A program made the position numbers and the translations under genes. Below, piece after piece: positions 43,545 through 54,970 of a DNA stretch of 64,000 bases. Below the pieces are notes generated by a model. That model saw nothing but the letters and a program-made list of their open reading frames with translations. It was not told the DNA's origin and did not search any database. The stretch's first letter is position 1. Each line of letters starts with the position of its first letter. The DNA comes from Dehalococcoidia bacterium (GTDB lineage: Bacteria; Chloroflexota; Dehalococcoidia; SHYD01), in the NCBI GenBank assembly GCA_965220215.1, contig OZ244809.1, positions 1,587,805-1,651,804 on the forward strand, read 5' to 3'.

Positions 43545-44045
43545 TTACGCTACGCCTGGTGAGCGTAGGTAAAAGATGAGATCAATGTCGCCCGGCGAAT
43601 GGCCGAATGCGGTGAGCGCAACAGCAGCCTCGGCGCGAAACTGCGTGCCGTGGTTGACTACGTGCGCAAACATGTGGCCGAGTGGCTGGGTGAACTCCTC
43701 CTCACGCCTCTGATACGTAACCATCCGCTCCACGTCTTCATCCTTGAGCGTGTTCAGGTATGCTGCTAGCTCCTCCTCTTGTTGCTCCCAGCGTTCCCGT
43801 AAGGAAGCGAATGTTGGCAGGTCTTGCGCAGATAATATGGTAGTTGGAGACTCTTCCCGGTACCTTGAGACCCAGAAGATTTCCGTTCCCAATGTGTGGG
43901 CCAACACGCCCGCAATGTTGCCCATGCTTAAACCTGGGACAGGCTCCACATACTTCTCTGGGCTGAGTTCCGCGGCGCGGTCCAGGATGTGCGTGTTCGC
44001 CCAACGGTTGTAGCCAAACAGGAGCCGGAAGTAGTTGATGTCCAT
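43545..44045 (-). CDS. DinB/YfiT-family protein
   Basis: YNRWAN, LAH...E..W, HVVNHGTQFR. Confidence 0.85.
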   Translation of the reverse strand: MDINYFRLLFGYNRWANTHILDRAAELSPEKYVEPVPGLSMGNIAGVLAHTLGTEIFWVSRYREESPTTILSAQDLPTFASLRERWEQQEEELAAYLNTLKDEDVERMVTYQRREEEFTQPLGHMFAHVVNHGTQFRAEAAVALTAFGHSPGDIDLIFYLRSPGVA

Positions 44046-44049
44046 GGCA

Positions 44050-44907
44050 CTAACCGCCCGTGACCACGTCGGCCAGCCGCTGCACCTGGTCTACGTCTGC
44101 GGCACAGGGCCAGAGGAGTTGCTCGTCCATGCCCACGTCCTCATCCGCTTTGATGCGGTCTAGGATCTCCTGAGGCGTGCGCATCACTCCTTGCATCGGG
44201 TCGCTGAAGCGGCTGTAGTACGCCTGGCGATAGGCGAGGGCCTGCGCTTCTACGTCGTCGCCCAGGAAGTAGTAGCCGCCCGCCACAAAGCGAGGTTTGC
44301 CGGGCCGTCCCAGTGCTTGCCACGCCTCTGCGACGATGTCGTAGTTCTTCCTAGCGGCTTCTGGCCCGCTGCCACCTGAGATATAACCGTCGCCCCACTT
44401 GGCCGCTCGTTGCAAGGCTTGAGGCGCAGAGCCGCCAATGAGGAGGGGCGGGCCGCCTGCTCGTGCCGGTGGCGGGCCGATAGGCCCAACTTGCTCTGAT
44501 AGTGCGTCGCCTGCCCAGATGCGCTTCATCGTGGCGAGCTCCTGCTCAAAGCGCTTGCCCCGGGTGTGCATAGCCGCGGGCGCAGCCAGGAAGTCGTCCT
44601 CCCTGCCGCCAACTGCGATTCCTAGAGTGAGCCGCCCGCCGGAGAGCGCGTCCAGGGTAGCCACCTGCTTGGCCAGGATGCCCGCAGGGCGCAGCGTGGT
44701 GATAAGAATAGCGGTGAGCAAAGGGATGCGCGTGGTCACTGCCGCGGAGGCCGCAAGCGCGATGAGCGGCTCGTAGTTGGGGAAGACGATGCGGTCCAGG
44801 GTGCTCAGGCTGGAGAATGGGCCCGCGTCTGCCCGCCGCGCCCACTCCAGCGTGACGTCTCTGGTGACACCGGGAATGGTTATGGGAGCTCCTATGCCAA
44901 TGTCCAT
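44050..44907 (-). CDS. LLM-class flavin-dependent oxidoreductase
   Basis: LAKQVATLDALSGGRLTLG, PPLLIGG, RAAKWGDG. Confidence 0.9.
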   Translation of the reverse strand: MDIGIGAPITIPGVTRDVTLEWARRADAGPFSSLSTLDRIVFPNYEPLIALAASAAVTTRIPLLTAILITTLRPAGILAKQVATLDALSGGRLTLGIAVGGREDDFLAAPAAMHTRGKRFEQELATMKRIWAGDALSEQVGPIGPPPARAGGPPLLIGGSAPQALQRAAKWGDGYISGGSGPEAARKNYDIVAEAWQALGRPGKPRFVAGGYYFLGDDVEAQALAYRQAYYSRFSDPMQGVMRTPQEILDRIKADEDVGMDEQLLWPCAADVDQVQRLADVVTGG

Positions 44908-44912
44908 CGATC

Positions 44913-45131
44913 CTATCCTCCTCCAACCATGCGGACGATCTCCAGGGTATCACCGTCCTGCAAAACTACCTCGCGATACTCCGACTTCAGGAGCACCTCG
45001 CCGTTGCGCGCCACCGCCATGAAGGGGAGCATCAGATTATGAGCCTCCAGGTACTCCTGGACGGTTTGCGCCTGCTGCAGCGTCTTAGCCTCGCCGTTCA
45101 CGGTAAACGTCAGGGGCATTTCATTGACCAT
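44913..45131 (-). CDS. thiS: Sulfur carrier protein ThiS
   Basis: VNGE, AVARNG, C-terminal VGGG. Confidence 0.92.
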   Translation of the reverse strand: MVNEMPLTFTVNGEAKTLQQAQTVQEYLEAHNLMLPFMAVARNGEVLLKSEYREVVLQDGDTLEIVRMVGGG

Positions 45132-45133
45132 AG

Positions 45134-45215
45134 CACCCTCATCCTAACCTTCCCCCGTTGGAGGGGGAAGGAACCGAGGGTTGTGGTTCCTGTACTGCGT
45201 ATACTCTCATGCCTC
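45134..45215. repeat. Family-B repeat
   Basis: caccctcatcctaaccttcccccgttggagggggaagg. Confidence 0.85.
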
Positions 45216-45241
45216 TGCGGTGCCTTTGCGTGCCGTCATTA

Positions 45242-45520
45242 CTACTTAACCTGGTCCTTTTCCATGTACTCGCGGATCTTCCGCTCTTCCCACGCTTTGC
45301 CTGGGAAGTTAGGAAACACGAACACTCCTGCTCCGTGCACGCCCAAGCCGATGCCCCATCCAATGAGGGGCCAATAAAACCATAGCTCTCCTGGCGTCAT
45401 GACATCCAGAATAAAGAGTCCAAAATTGACCAAGAGATAGGCCAGGGCGTGACCGTAAAAGGCTTTTTCTTCATTCACACGCTTCTTGGCACGATTGTAA
45501 CGTTTAGTCTCAGACGGCAA
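45242..45520 (-). CDS. 2TM-domain small membrane protein
   Basis: RAKKRV..KAFYGH, WFYWPLIGWGIGL..H, WEERKIREYM. Confidence 0.85.
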   Translation of the reverse strand: MPSETKRYNRAKKRVNEEKAFYGHALAYLLVNFGLFILDVMTPGELWFYWPLIGWGIGLGVHGAGVFVFPNFPGKAWEERKIREYMEKDQVK

Positions 45521-45539
45521 GGTTGTTCTTCTCTGCCTC

Positions 45540-46193
45540 CTATCTGCTGAGGGCTGCCCAAAGCGCCTGTGCCGCATAGCGGGGGTCCTCCGCTTTCAGG
45601 ATAGCCGTTATTACTGCCACGCCCGCTGCTCCTGAGCCCATCACCTGGACCGCCCGGGCAGCATCAATGCCACCGATGGCCAGCACCGGCACCGGCGAGG
45701 CCTCTTGGGTGTCTTCCCGCAGGCCGGCGACCAAGCATTGCAAGATGTCCCACCCTAGGGCTGGCTCGTCCGGATGCGATGGCGATGGAAACACCGAGCC
45801 CAATATCAGATAGTCCGCCCCCTTGGCGGCTGCGACCTTGGCCCCCTCCTCGGAGTGCACCGACCGCCCGATAAGCTTGTCCGGCCCCAGCACCTTGCGC
45901 GCCGCCTCTACGCTGAGGCCATTCTCCGGAAGCTGCACGCCGTCTGCATCCAGCGCGTCCGCCACGTCCGCCCGGTCGTTGACAATGAGTAGCGCTCGGC
46001 CTGCAATGGCGCGCTGCAACTCTGTGCCCAGTTCAAACAACTCTGCCGTGGGCAGGTCTTTCTCCCGGAGTTGCACCAGGTTCACGCCGCCTTCAATCGC
46101 TTCCGTAACAACGTGCACCAGCGCCCCCTCAGCTACCGTATGGCGGTCCGTCACCAGCATGAGGGCAGGTCTGGGCAGCTGTACTCTAGACAT
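45540..46193 (-). CDS. thiE: Thiamine-phosphate synthase (or TenI-like)
   Basis: VQLREK, IVNDR, GRSVHS, AIGGI. Confidence 0.85.
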   Translation of the reverse strand: MSRVQLPRPALMLVTDRHTVAEGALVHVVTEAIEGGVNLVQLREKDLPTAELFELGTELQRAIAGRALLIVNDRADVADALDADGVQLPENGLSVEAARKVLGPDKLIGRSVHSEEGAKVAAAKGADYLILGSVFPSPSHPDEPALGWDILQCLVAGLREDTQEASPVPVLAIGGIDAARAVQVMGSGAAGVAVITAILKAEDPRYAAQALWAALSR

Positions 46194-46230
46194 GGGCGCG
46201 CATCCTAGTCACCGTCGTTCCTAACAACGC

Positions 46231-46412
46231 CTTGTCATTCTGAGCCTGCCTACCGCAGGAAGGCGGAGCGAAGAATCCACTGTGGGCGCTCGTATGGTGG
46301 ATTCTTCCGTCCTCGCCAGGGCGAGTCCTTCAGAATGACAGTGCCGCTGTGCAGGTGCCATTATGTGGCTTCTCTAGTCCTCGCGAGGGGCGAGTCCCTC
46401 AGAGCGACAGTG
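46231..46412. repeat. Family-A inverted pair with nested hairpin
   Basis: cttgtcattctgagcctgcctaccgcagg...gaagaatccac / gtggattcttc...cagaatgaca. Confidence 0.88.
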
Positions 46413-46416
46413 CCCC

Positions 46417-47205
46417 TTACCGTCCCACCGCCTGCGGCACGCCGGCCGTGGGACTGCTGGCCGCTGAGGCGTCTTTGCGCGGGATACGGCCGGCGATGTG
46501 CGCCTTGCGGCCTGCCTCCACGCCCTGCTTAAAGGCCTCTGCCATCAGGCCGGGGTCCTGTGCCTGCGCGATGGCCGTGTTCACCAGGCATGCGTCCGCG
46601 CCCACCTCCATCGCCAGTGATGCGTCTGAAGGAACGCCTAGTCCCGCGTCCACAACGACCGGTACGTGCGCCTGCTCAATGATGATACGGATCTCTTCCA
46701 GCGTCAGGATGCCCTGCCCGGAGCCGATGGGCGATCCCAGCGGCATCACCGTAGCGCAGCCGATCTCTTCCAGCCGCCTGGCCAGGATGGGGTCGGCGCC
46801 GATGTAGGGCAGCACGATAAAGCCCTCCTTGATGAGCATCTCTGCCGCCCGCAGCGTATCGATGGGGTCGGGCAGCAACGAGGCCGGGTCCGGCTGTACC
46901 TCCAGCTTGATCCAGGCGCTGCCGGTGACCTCCCGGGCCAGCCGTGCGGTGAACACGGCCTCTTCCGCAGTCTTTGCGCCCGCGGTGTTGGGCAGGATGA
47001 CGTACTTGTCCCAATCTATATAGTCCAGCAGCGTCTTTTTCTGTGGGTCGCTCAGGTCCAGGCGGCGGATGGCTACCGTGATCATCTCCACGCCGGACGC
47101 CTCGATGGCCGCCGACTGTTCTTCCATGGAGCGATACCGCCCCGTGCCGATGATCAGCCTGGTGTTGAACGTCCTACCTGCGATTATCAGTGGTTCGTCT
47201 TGCAT
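46417..47205 (-). CDS. thiG: Thiazole synthase
   Basis: LPNTAG, WIKLEV, MPLGSPIGSG, DAGLGVPSDA. Confidence 0.96.
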   Translation of the reverse strand: MQDEPLIIAGRTFNTRLIIGTGRYRSMEEQSAAIEASGVEMITVAIRRLDLSDPQKKTLLDYIDWDKYVILPNTAGAKTAEEAVFTARLAREVTGSAWIKLEVQPDPASLLPDPIDTLRAAEMLIKEGFIVLPYIGADPILARRLEEIGCATVMPLGSPIGSGQGILTLEEIRIIIEQAHVPVVVDAGLGVPSDASLAMEVGADACLVNTAIAQAQDPGLMAEAFKQGVEAGRKAHIAGRIPRKDASAASSPTAGVPQAVGR

Positions 47206-47284
47206 TGGGCTATCCTCTTGCTAACTTCTGGCCTCTGCCGGCTCCAACTCAAGGGTGCGGGCAAATACGCTAACGTCTCCGCTC

Positions 47285-47393
47285 GGCGTTCACCCACGCC
47301 ACTGGGTGGTTGGCTGCGTGGTACGCGCGGGAGATGGTGGTCTTATAGTGCCGTCCTCGTACGCCGTGCTCGCTGCCTTCAGGGAGCCGGCGC
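47285..47393 (-). pseudogene. Frameshifted fragment resembling a HEPN-domain N-terminus
   Basis: AGSLKAASTAYED(G), frameshift, then HYKTTISRAYHAANH; matches HEPN G.Y....SRAYYA..H pattern. Confidence 0.4.
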
Positions 47394-47870
47394 CTAGCTC
47401 CAACAGCCCGCCTGACTGCATAGATGTCCCTCCGGGTATGCTTCCTGTGCGGCGTCAGTGTCGGAGAAGGGGAGCCAGCCGCCGTTGGCCTTCAGCTCGC
47501 CCACCCCTTTGAGCGCAGTCTCCGACTTCTCTCTAACGTAGCGGCAGCCCTCGTCCCGATGAATGATGTAGCTCCTGTTGGCCTTGTCTACGTTCACCCA
47601 CACGGCAGCGGTTGTTGGCGCATCTGGCATGGCCGTGACGGGAGCTTCAGGCGCAGCCACTTCCTCGGCCTGCTCCAGCGTGGCCGAAGAGCCCTCCACC
47701 AATTCGTCATCTTTGGGAGACAGCAACTGGTCTGCCAGTATCTCCAACTCTCGCTTACCGCGGAACGCGCTGCGGATGGCGGTGTCGGCTAATGATTGGG
47801 CCTCACGCTTGTTTAGCCACACTACGAATGCGGCGGTGCCTGCGGCTAGTACTATGACTGCTGGCAGCAT
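47394..47870 (-). CDS. Hypothetical protein with N-terminal membrane anchor and C-terminal His/Cys cluster
   Basis: MLPAVIVLAAG...; IHRDEGCRY...HLCSQAGC. Confidence 0.6.
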   Translation of the reverse strand: MLPAVIVLAAGTAAFVVWLNKREAQSLADTAIRSAFRGKRELEILADQLLSPKDDELVEGSSATLEQAEEVAAPEAPVTAMPDAPTTAAVWVNVDKANRSYIIHRDEGCRYVREKSETALKGVGELKANGGWLPFSDTDAAQEAYPEGHLCSQAGCWS

Positions 47871-47874
47871 TGTT

Positions 47875-49800
<1,926 letters not shown>

Positions 49801-49913
49801 GCGGGCATCCAAATAGGTTTTTCTTCACTTTGCTCAGGACGACCGCTGTGCGTTGCAAACAAAACAGCCGCAAGCGCTGGTTGCTTGCGGCCTTCATGTG
49901 TGATGTTGCCTAC

Positions 49914-50000
49914 ACCGCTTTCCTCCGCTCGCATTACCGAGATCAGGTCTCTGGGGTCCTCTCTAAAGAGCTCTCAGCCGTTGCCAGCTCCCCCAGCGGT
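49914..50000 (-). ncRNA. TPP riboswitch
   Basis: Minus strand ACCGCTGGGGGAGC...GGCTGAGAG...GACCCC...ACCTGATC..GGTAATGC.AGCGGAGG...GCGGT upstream of thiC. Confidence 0.92.
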
Positions 50001-50024
50001 CTGCCATATTCAGTTCGTGCGGTT

Positions 50025-50053
50025 AGTGTACGTGGGCGGAAGCGCGGTGTCAA
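50025..50053 (-). promoter_or_regulatory. Sigma70 promoter of the thi operon
   Basis: TTGACA-17 nt-TACACT on the minus strand. Confidence 0.8.
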
Positions 50054-50114
50054 CTTGAGGGTGGTCGGGTAGGATGTAAGGGGATAAATAGGCACATCTT
50101 ACCCTGAAGACCGG

Positions 50115-50720
50115 CTAGATTGTTGAACTCATAGCCACGAGCTGCCCTGTCCCAAAGCTTACCTCATTAAAATCAACGGGTTTTCCATGGATTCCAGGTC
50201 GATATTTGTTTCGTAGCCACGTAATAGCCCTTTCAGGGTTACCTTTGCTGGAATGGCCACGTCCTTCAAGTAGAATCTCCTGACAATCTAAAGGAACTAA
50301 AGGGGCCTTCCTCCCGAAGTACCAATAGTTCTGTGAAATTAAGACATACTTGCCTTGGAGATCTGTTGCCTCGTCATCTTCACAGTGGAAACTGTCGCAC
50401 AAGCTTAGAGTTTCATCGGGATTGGGACGGTATATATTGTCTCCGCATCGTTGCTCTGGTGATCCGGTAAGTAATGGTTTTTTTGCTTCAAACCTGGGAT
50501 CAAGGTAGTAATCGCCCAAGGAGAGCACTTCGTCCACTTGCATCGCGTATATTAGACTGTGTGCCATACGGTTTGTAGCGCTGCCGAACCCAAATACCCA
50601 TTCACCCACTTTGGCTACTTTCCTGATGTTCGGCTTACATGTAGCAAGAGTACAGTAGCCCCAGAAAGGGTTAGGGGCAAATCCGGAGTCTTCCTTTACC
50701 ACGTATGAGTATGGTTTCAT
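50115..50720 (-). CDS. Nmad2-like (nucleotide modification-associated domain) protein
   Basis: YSYVVKEDSGFAPNPFWGYCTLATCKPNIR, YY.DPRF..KKP, GDNIY; low GC. Confidence 0.75.
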   Translation of the reverse strand: MKPYSYVVKEDSGFAPNPFWGYCTLATCKPNIRKVAKVGEWVFGFGSATNRMAHSLIYAMQVDEVLSLGDYYLDPRFEAKKPLLTGSPEQRCGDNIYRPNPDETLSLCDSFHCEDDEATDLQGKYVLISQNYWYFGRKAPLVPLDCQEILLEGRGHSSKGNPERAITWLRNKYRPGIHGKPVDFNEVSFGTGQLVAMSSTI

Positions 50721-50739
50721 TACTTTCCTCCAACGAATT

Positions 50740-51165
50740 TTATGGATACCAGGCGGTCTTCCAGCCGCGCTTTTTGCCATTGGTCTCAACTAGAAAAGTC
50801 AGCCAGCCCTTCTCATCCTGGTCAACCAGGATCGAAACTTGGTAGGTTCCTGGGTTATGAAAAACTACTTGATTAATAGTCAGTGCGTGATTAGTAATGA
50901 CAAGTTGACCGTTGTTACCTTCAGGAACAGTGATTTCGTCTGACCAGTCAATTAATTCCAATCCATCTTGGTCGAGGAGCTTTACGGTAACTTTTCGAGT
51001 TGTGTTGTACTCCACAGCACCTGCTCGCAAGCTGTAATAAACATCAAACGTTCTCGGCCGAGTTGGAAATACTGAATCCTCGATTCGATTGAAAACTCCG
51101 CGGATATCCCATTTGCCATCAGTGTAAGTAAGATTCTCGGCTACCAGCAGTGCCAACAAATCCAA
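50740..51165 (-). CDS. Ig-like hypothetical protein (DUF6941-like)
   Basis: GKWDIRGVF...F..PGTY; low GC. Confidence 0.6.
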   Translation of the reverse strand: MDLLALLVAENLTYTDGKWDIRGVFNRIEDSVFPTRPRTFDVYYSLRAGAVEYNTTRKVTVKLLDQDGLELIDWSDEITVPEGNNGQLVITNHALTINQVVFHNPGTYQVSILVDQDEKGWLTFLVETNGKKRGWKTAWYP

Positions 51166-51215
51166 TAGACTACTCCTCCTATCCTTTTCCAGAGGTAGCG
51201 GCTATTGCCCTTGTG

Positions 51216-51530
51216 TCAGGTTAGCCATCCTCTTTCGCTTGCTTCTCTAAAAACGTAATCTAAATCCTCAGGAAGAATAATCGTGCAGTACTGACCCCAA
51301 ACCCACCTGCCGATTCTTTTGCCATTTTTGCCTAGCATGTAGTAGCCCAGCCGCAGCAACGGCTTTTCCTGGCCATCAAATTCTAAGTACTGAAGGACGA
51401 TAATCTTCCCATTCGGAAGCTCCGTTGCAGGTCTGCGTATCTCGTCTGATATTTTGAATGTTTGTGTCTTACCGTCGATATCCTTGATACGTCTAATTTT
51501 GCCGATGTTTTTGGGCAAGCTGTATGTCAT
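51216..51530 (-). CDS. Hypothetical protein
   Basis: GGAGG RBS; LRLGYY...GRWVWGQY; low GC. Confidence 0.65.
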   Translation of the reverse strand: MTYSLPKNIGKIRRIKDIDGKTQTFKISDEIRRPATELPNGKIIVLQYLEFDGQEKPLLRLGYYMLGKNGKRIGRWVWGQYCTIILPEDLDYVFREASERGWLT

Positions 51531-51761
51531 CAGGTCAATAGAGCCCTCCTTGTCCAGATAACTAGCATGAAGGCGGCAAACAAAATGACCACGAACTTTA
51601 CGTGGTCTTGCAAAATACTGACTTGAATGTGGTTAATTAAGCAAAGTTTTGGGAGGAATCCGTAGCACTAAGAGCTCGCTGAGGTTTATTAACCATAACA
51701 TAATACTTTCCATAATGCAACTGTATTGCTACCATACTAACAGGAGTAAACTTGCGCGCCC

Positions 51762-52145
51762 CTACCGCCGCTTCACCGCTACCAGCAGCATGGCCCCCAG
51801 CGCAGTGAGCGCTGTGACGGCAAGCTTGGTCTTGTCCACGATGGGCTGCACGGATACTCCCTCCGGGCCAATCACTATGGCCGCCACCGGACGGCTGTGA
51901 CTGAACCCGCCTCCGCCACCTCCGCCGCCCTCTTGGGGCTCCTGTCCCGGCGCGCTCTGGGACCCGCTGCCGTAGCCAAACCCCATTCCCATCATGCCCT
52001 CGCTGGCGGTGATCACGGTGTAGTCGCCGGCGGTCACCGGCGCGCTGAACACTGCCTCGGCCCGCGCCGCTGCAGTCAGCTCTTGCAGCGGCTCTAAGGA
52101 CGGCTCTCCCGTCAAAGTGGCCTAGGTGTCATCTGCTTCAGTCAT
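51762..52145 (-). CDS. GerW/YtfJ-family protein (in-frame TAG at codon 8)
   Basis: VFSAPV..GD.TVI, GFGYG, GGGGGGG..RPVA.I; RBS-preceded ATG at 52145, TAG at 52124-52122. Confidence 0.65.
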
Positions 52146-52157
52146 GAATGTTCTTCC

Positions 52158-52439
52158 TCACTTGTTTCTCTTACTGCTTAATATAGTCATCAGCACAAAT
52201 GCGGCCGCGCAGCCGGCCACCATGCCCACTTGCGTGCGGCTTGTGGCGTCGGAGATGCCTGTGCGTTGGGACGCCTCCCCGCGACGGCGCGTCAGCACCG
52301 CCGTTGGGCGGTTCCACACCAACCCGCCGAAGGGAAGTCTCACTTCAAGCGCGCGGGACTCCAGCGTCAGCGTTGTGTCGCCAATGTCCTGGGATGCAGA
52401 CTCGTGCCGCTCCCAGCGCACTACGTTGCCAAGGTTCAT
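52158..52439 (-). CDS. Small membrane-anchored hypothetical protein
   Basis: AGGAGG RBS; GGLVWNRPTAV; C-terminal TM. Confidence 0.65.
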   Translation of the reverse strand: MNLGNVVRWERHESASQDIGDTTLTLESRALEVRLPFGGLVWNRPTAVLTRRRGEASQRTGISDATSRTQVGMVAGCAAAFVLMTILSSKRNK

Positions 52440-52496
52440 GCTCCCTCCTTCAAGCCGGACTACTTCTATTATCGCGCCGCGCCACGCCGTCCATAT

Positions 52497-52925
52497 CGTT
52501 CTGAGAAGCGGCGTGACGAAGAATCTGAAGCCGCTGGGTGGCCCGGCACGCGCTTGTGTAGATGACCGTCGCTCAAAGTACCACTACACCCAGGAGGAAG
52601 GTGCCCTGCGACAACTGAGGGAGCAGGACAGAGAAGACTTAAGCCGTGAGTGGGACACAGGGGGTGGATTCTTCGCTGCGCTCAGAATGACAAGGAGCGA
52701 GGAATCCAGTACGCTCCGCATTGTTGTCATTCTGAGGAAGGCGCCCTAACGACTGACGAAGAATCCACAAGCCCTCGACGCCCTTTGCTTCGTCAGTCGC
52801 CGGGGGTGACTTCCTCGCAACGACAGGTGATAGCGCCCGGCTTACCCTGCGCCTGCCGCCGCGGGCGAGTCCCTCAGCATGACGTGGGGAGCACGCATGG
52901 GTTTACCCTGAGCCTGCCGAAGGGC
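52497..52925. repeat. Degenerate GIY-YIG/family-A module upstream of murE
   Basis: gaagacttaagccgtgagtgg (3' end of the GIY-YIG gene) followed by gattcttcgctgcgctcagaatgac and an inverted partner. Confidence 0.8.
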
Positions 52926-52937
52926 TATCCTGAGAGC

Positions 52938-54455
52938 ATGACGCAGCCCTTCCCGCCTAAACCCTTGGGGCAGCTCTTGGCCGATGTCCCCATCCGCAGC
53001 CTGCAAGGCGACGCGACGGTTTCTGTTGCCCGCATCACCGCGGATAGCCGCACAATTGGCCCCGGCGACCTCTATGTCGCGCTGCGCGGGGCCACCTTTG
53101 ATGGGCATCAGTTCGTGCCGGAGGCCGTGGCGCGCGGCGCGGCTGCGGTCGTGGTCGGCGAGCCCGTGGACTCGGGCAGCGTCCCCCAGGTTCTCGTCGC
53201 CGATGCTCGCTACGCGCTGGCCCTCATGGCCGCCGCCTTCTATGATCACCCCTCGCGCAAGCTGCGCCTCATCGGCGTCACTGGCACAGACGGCAAGACC
53301 AGCACTACCACCCTCACCGCGGCCATCCTGCGGGCCTCGGGCCGCCGCGTCGCCCACAGCACCACGGTGGAGTTCCACAACGGCGTCACCGCGCGGGCCA
53401 ATCAGGCGGGCTACACCACGCCGCCCGCGCCCGCCATCCAGCGGGAGCTAGCCGATGCCGTGGCCGCGGGTGCGCAAGCCGCCGTGCTGGAGGTGAGCTC
53501 TCACGCTCTGGCTATAGATCGGGTGGCCGGCTGCGAGTTCGATGTGGCGGTGTTCACCAACCTGGCCCGGGAGCACCTGGACTTCCACGCAACCCTGGAG
53601 GAGTACCGGGCGGCCAAGCTCAAGCTCTTTGAGGGTCTGCAGGATCGCCGCACCAAGTCCTGGACGCCCCTGGGCATCGTGAACAGTGACGACGCCTCTG
53701 CCAGCTATTTCAGCGAAGCGTCTCCCGGTGTGGTGCGTTACGGCCTGGACGCCGCCGACCTGGATATCACCGCCCGAGACCTGGTCTGCGGGCCGGAGGG
53801 CTCTCGCTTCACCCTCTCCACACCACAGGGCGAGGCCGTGGTCACGACCCGTCTCCTGGGCCGCTTCAACGTACGCAACTGGCTGGCCGCGGCGGGCGCT
53901 GCCCTGGCCTGCGGCGCTACTCCGGCGGATGTGGCGAAGGCTGCGGAGCAGGTGGCTCCAGTGCCGGGCCGTATGGAACGGGTAGATGCTGGGCAGCCCT
54001 TCTCGGTCTACGTGGACTTTGCTCACACGCCGCAAGGGCTGGCGGCAGCCTTGGACTCGGTGCGGGAGCTGCATCCCGGCGGCCGCAGCATCGCGGTCTT
54101 CGGCCACGCGGGGCGTCGGGACACCGACCACCGCCGCGGGCTGGTGGAGGCTGCGCGGGGCCGCTGCGACCTGTTTATCCTAACCATGGACGACCCCTAC
54201 GACGAGGATCCGATGCTCATCCTGGAGACAATGCGCCGCGAGGCTCTGACTATGGGCTGCGTGGACGGCGCTGACTTCTTGTGTGTCCTCGACCGTCGAG
54301 AGGCATTCCAGCGCGCGCTGGAGCTCGCCAAGCCGGGCGATGCCGTGCTCCTAGCAGGCCGCGGCCATGAGACCACCATCCCCCTAGGCGCCGACACCCT
54401 CCCCTTCCACGACGCGTCCGTGGCTCTGGAACTGCTGTCCACCCCGTCATCCTGA
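52938..54455 (+). CDS. murE: UDP-MurNAc-dipeptide amino acid ligase MurE
   Basis: DSR, DGH, GVTGTDGKTST, EVSSH, FTNL..EHLDFH, VPGRME, DFAHTP, AGRGHE. Confidence 0.9.
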   Translation: MTQPFPPKPLGQLLADVPIRSLQGDATVSVARITADSRTIGPGDLYVALRGATFDGHQFVPEAVARGAAAVVVGEPVDSGSVPQVLVADARYALALMAAAFYDHPSRKLRLIGVTGTDGKTSTTTLTAAILRASGRRVAHSTTVEFHNGVTARANQAGYTTPPAPAIQRELADAVAAGAQAAVLEVSSHALAIDRVAGCEFDVAVFTNLAREHLDFHATLEEYRAAKLKLFEGLQDRRTKSWTPLGIVNSDDASASYFSEASPGVVRYGLDAADLDITARDLVCGPEGSRFTLSTPQGEAVVTTRLLGRFNVRNWLAAAGAALACGATPADVAKAAEQVAPVPGRMERVDAGQPFSVYVDFAHTPQGLAAALDSVRELHPGGRSIAVFGHAGRRDTDHRRGLVEAARGRCDLFILTMDDPYDEDPMLILETMRREALTMGCVDGADFLCVLDRREAFQRALELAKPGDAVLLAGRGHETTIPLGADTLPFHDASVALELLSTPSS

Positions 54456-54585
54456 CGAAGGCGCACTAGCGACTACTGAAGGAGCCATATTGGCAAGACT
54501 TAGCCGTTATTGGGACGCAGCGGGGGTGGATTCTTCGCTGTGCTCAGAATGACAAGGAGTGCGGGAGCCGAGTACACCCCGTGTA

Positions 54586-54970
54586 TTGTCATTCTGAGGA
54601 AGGCGCCCTAGCGACGGACGAAGAATCCACCAGCCCAGTGACGTGCGATGAATACCTACTACGTCTACATCATGACGAACCCGTCACGTACCCTGTACAC
54701 GGGGATAACCAATGACCTCGTGCGGAGGGTGGACCAGCACAAAAGGAAGGTCCTAGAAGGCTTTACCCAACGGTACGACCCGACCAGGCTGGTCTATTAC
54801 GAAGAAACACCGGACGTCCACGTCGCCATTGCGAGGGAGAAGCAGATTAAAGGCTGGCTACGAGCGCGGAAGATTGCGCTGGTAGAATCAATGAACCCGG
54901 ATTGGCAAGACTTAAGCCGTGAGTGGTATGAGGAGGGGGTGGACTCTTCGCGGGGCTCAGAATGACAAGG
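54586..54970 (+). mobile_element. GIY-YIG gene bracketed by inverted family-A palindromes (putative autonomous unit)
   Basis: Left ttgtcattctgagg...gaagaatcc; right ggactcttcgcggggctcagaatgacaa, which contains the gene's stop codon. Confidence 0.6.
54648..54965 (+). CDS. Small GIY-YIG nuclease
   Basis: YYVYIM...LYTGITNDL.RR..QH, LVYYE, AIAREKQIKGW.R..K..L....NP.W.DL. Confidence 0.93.
   Translation: MNTYYVYIMTNPSRTLYTGITNDLVRRVDQHKRKVLEGFTQRYDPTRLVYYEETPDVHVAIAREKQIKGWLRARKIALVESMNPDWQDLSREWYEEGVDSSRGSE

Noticed and set aside
52650-52937. 96-aa N-terminal extension of MurE
   Set aside because: Made of repeat sequence; homology begins at the ATG at 52938
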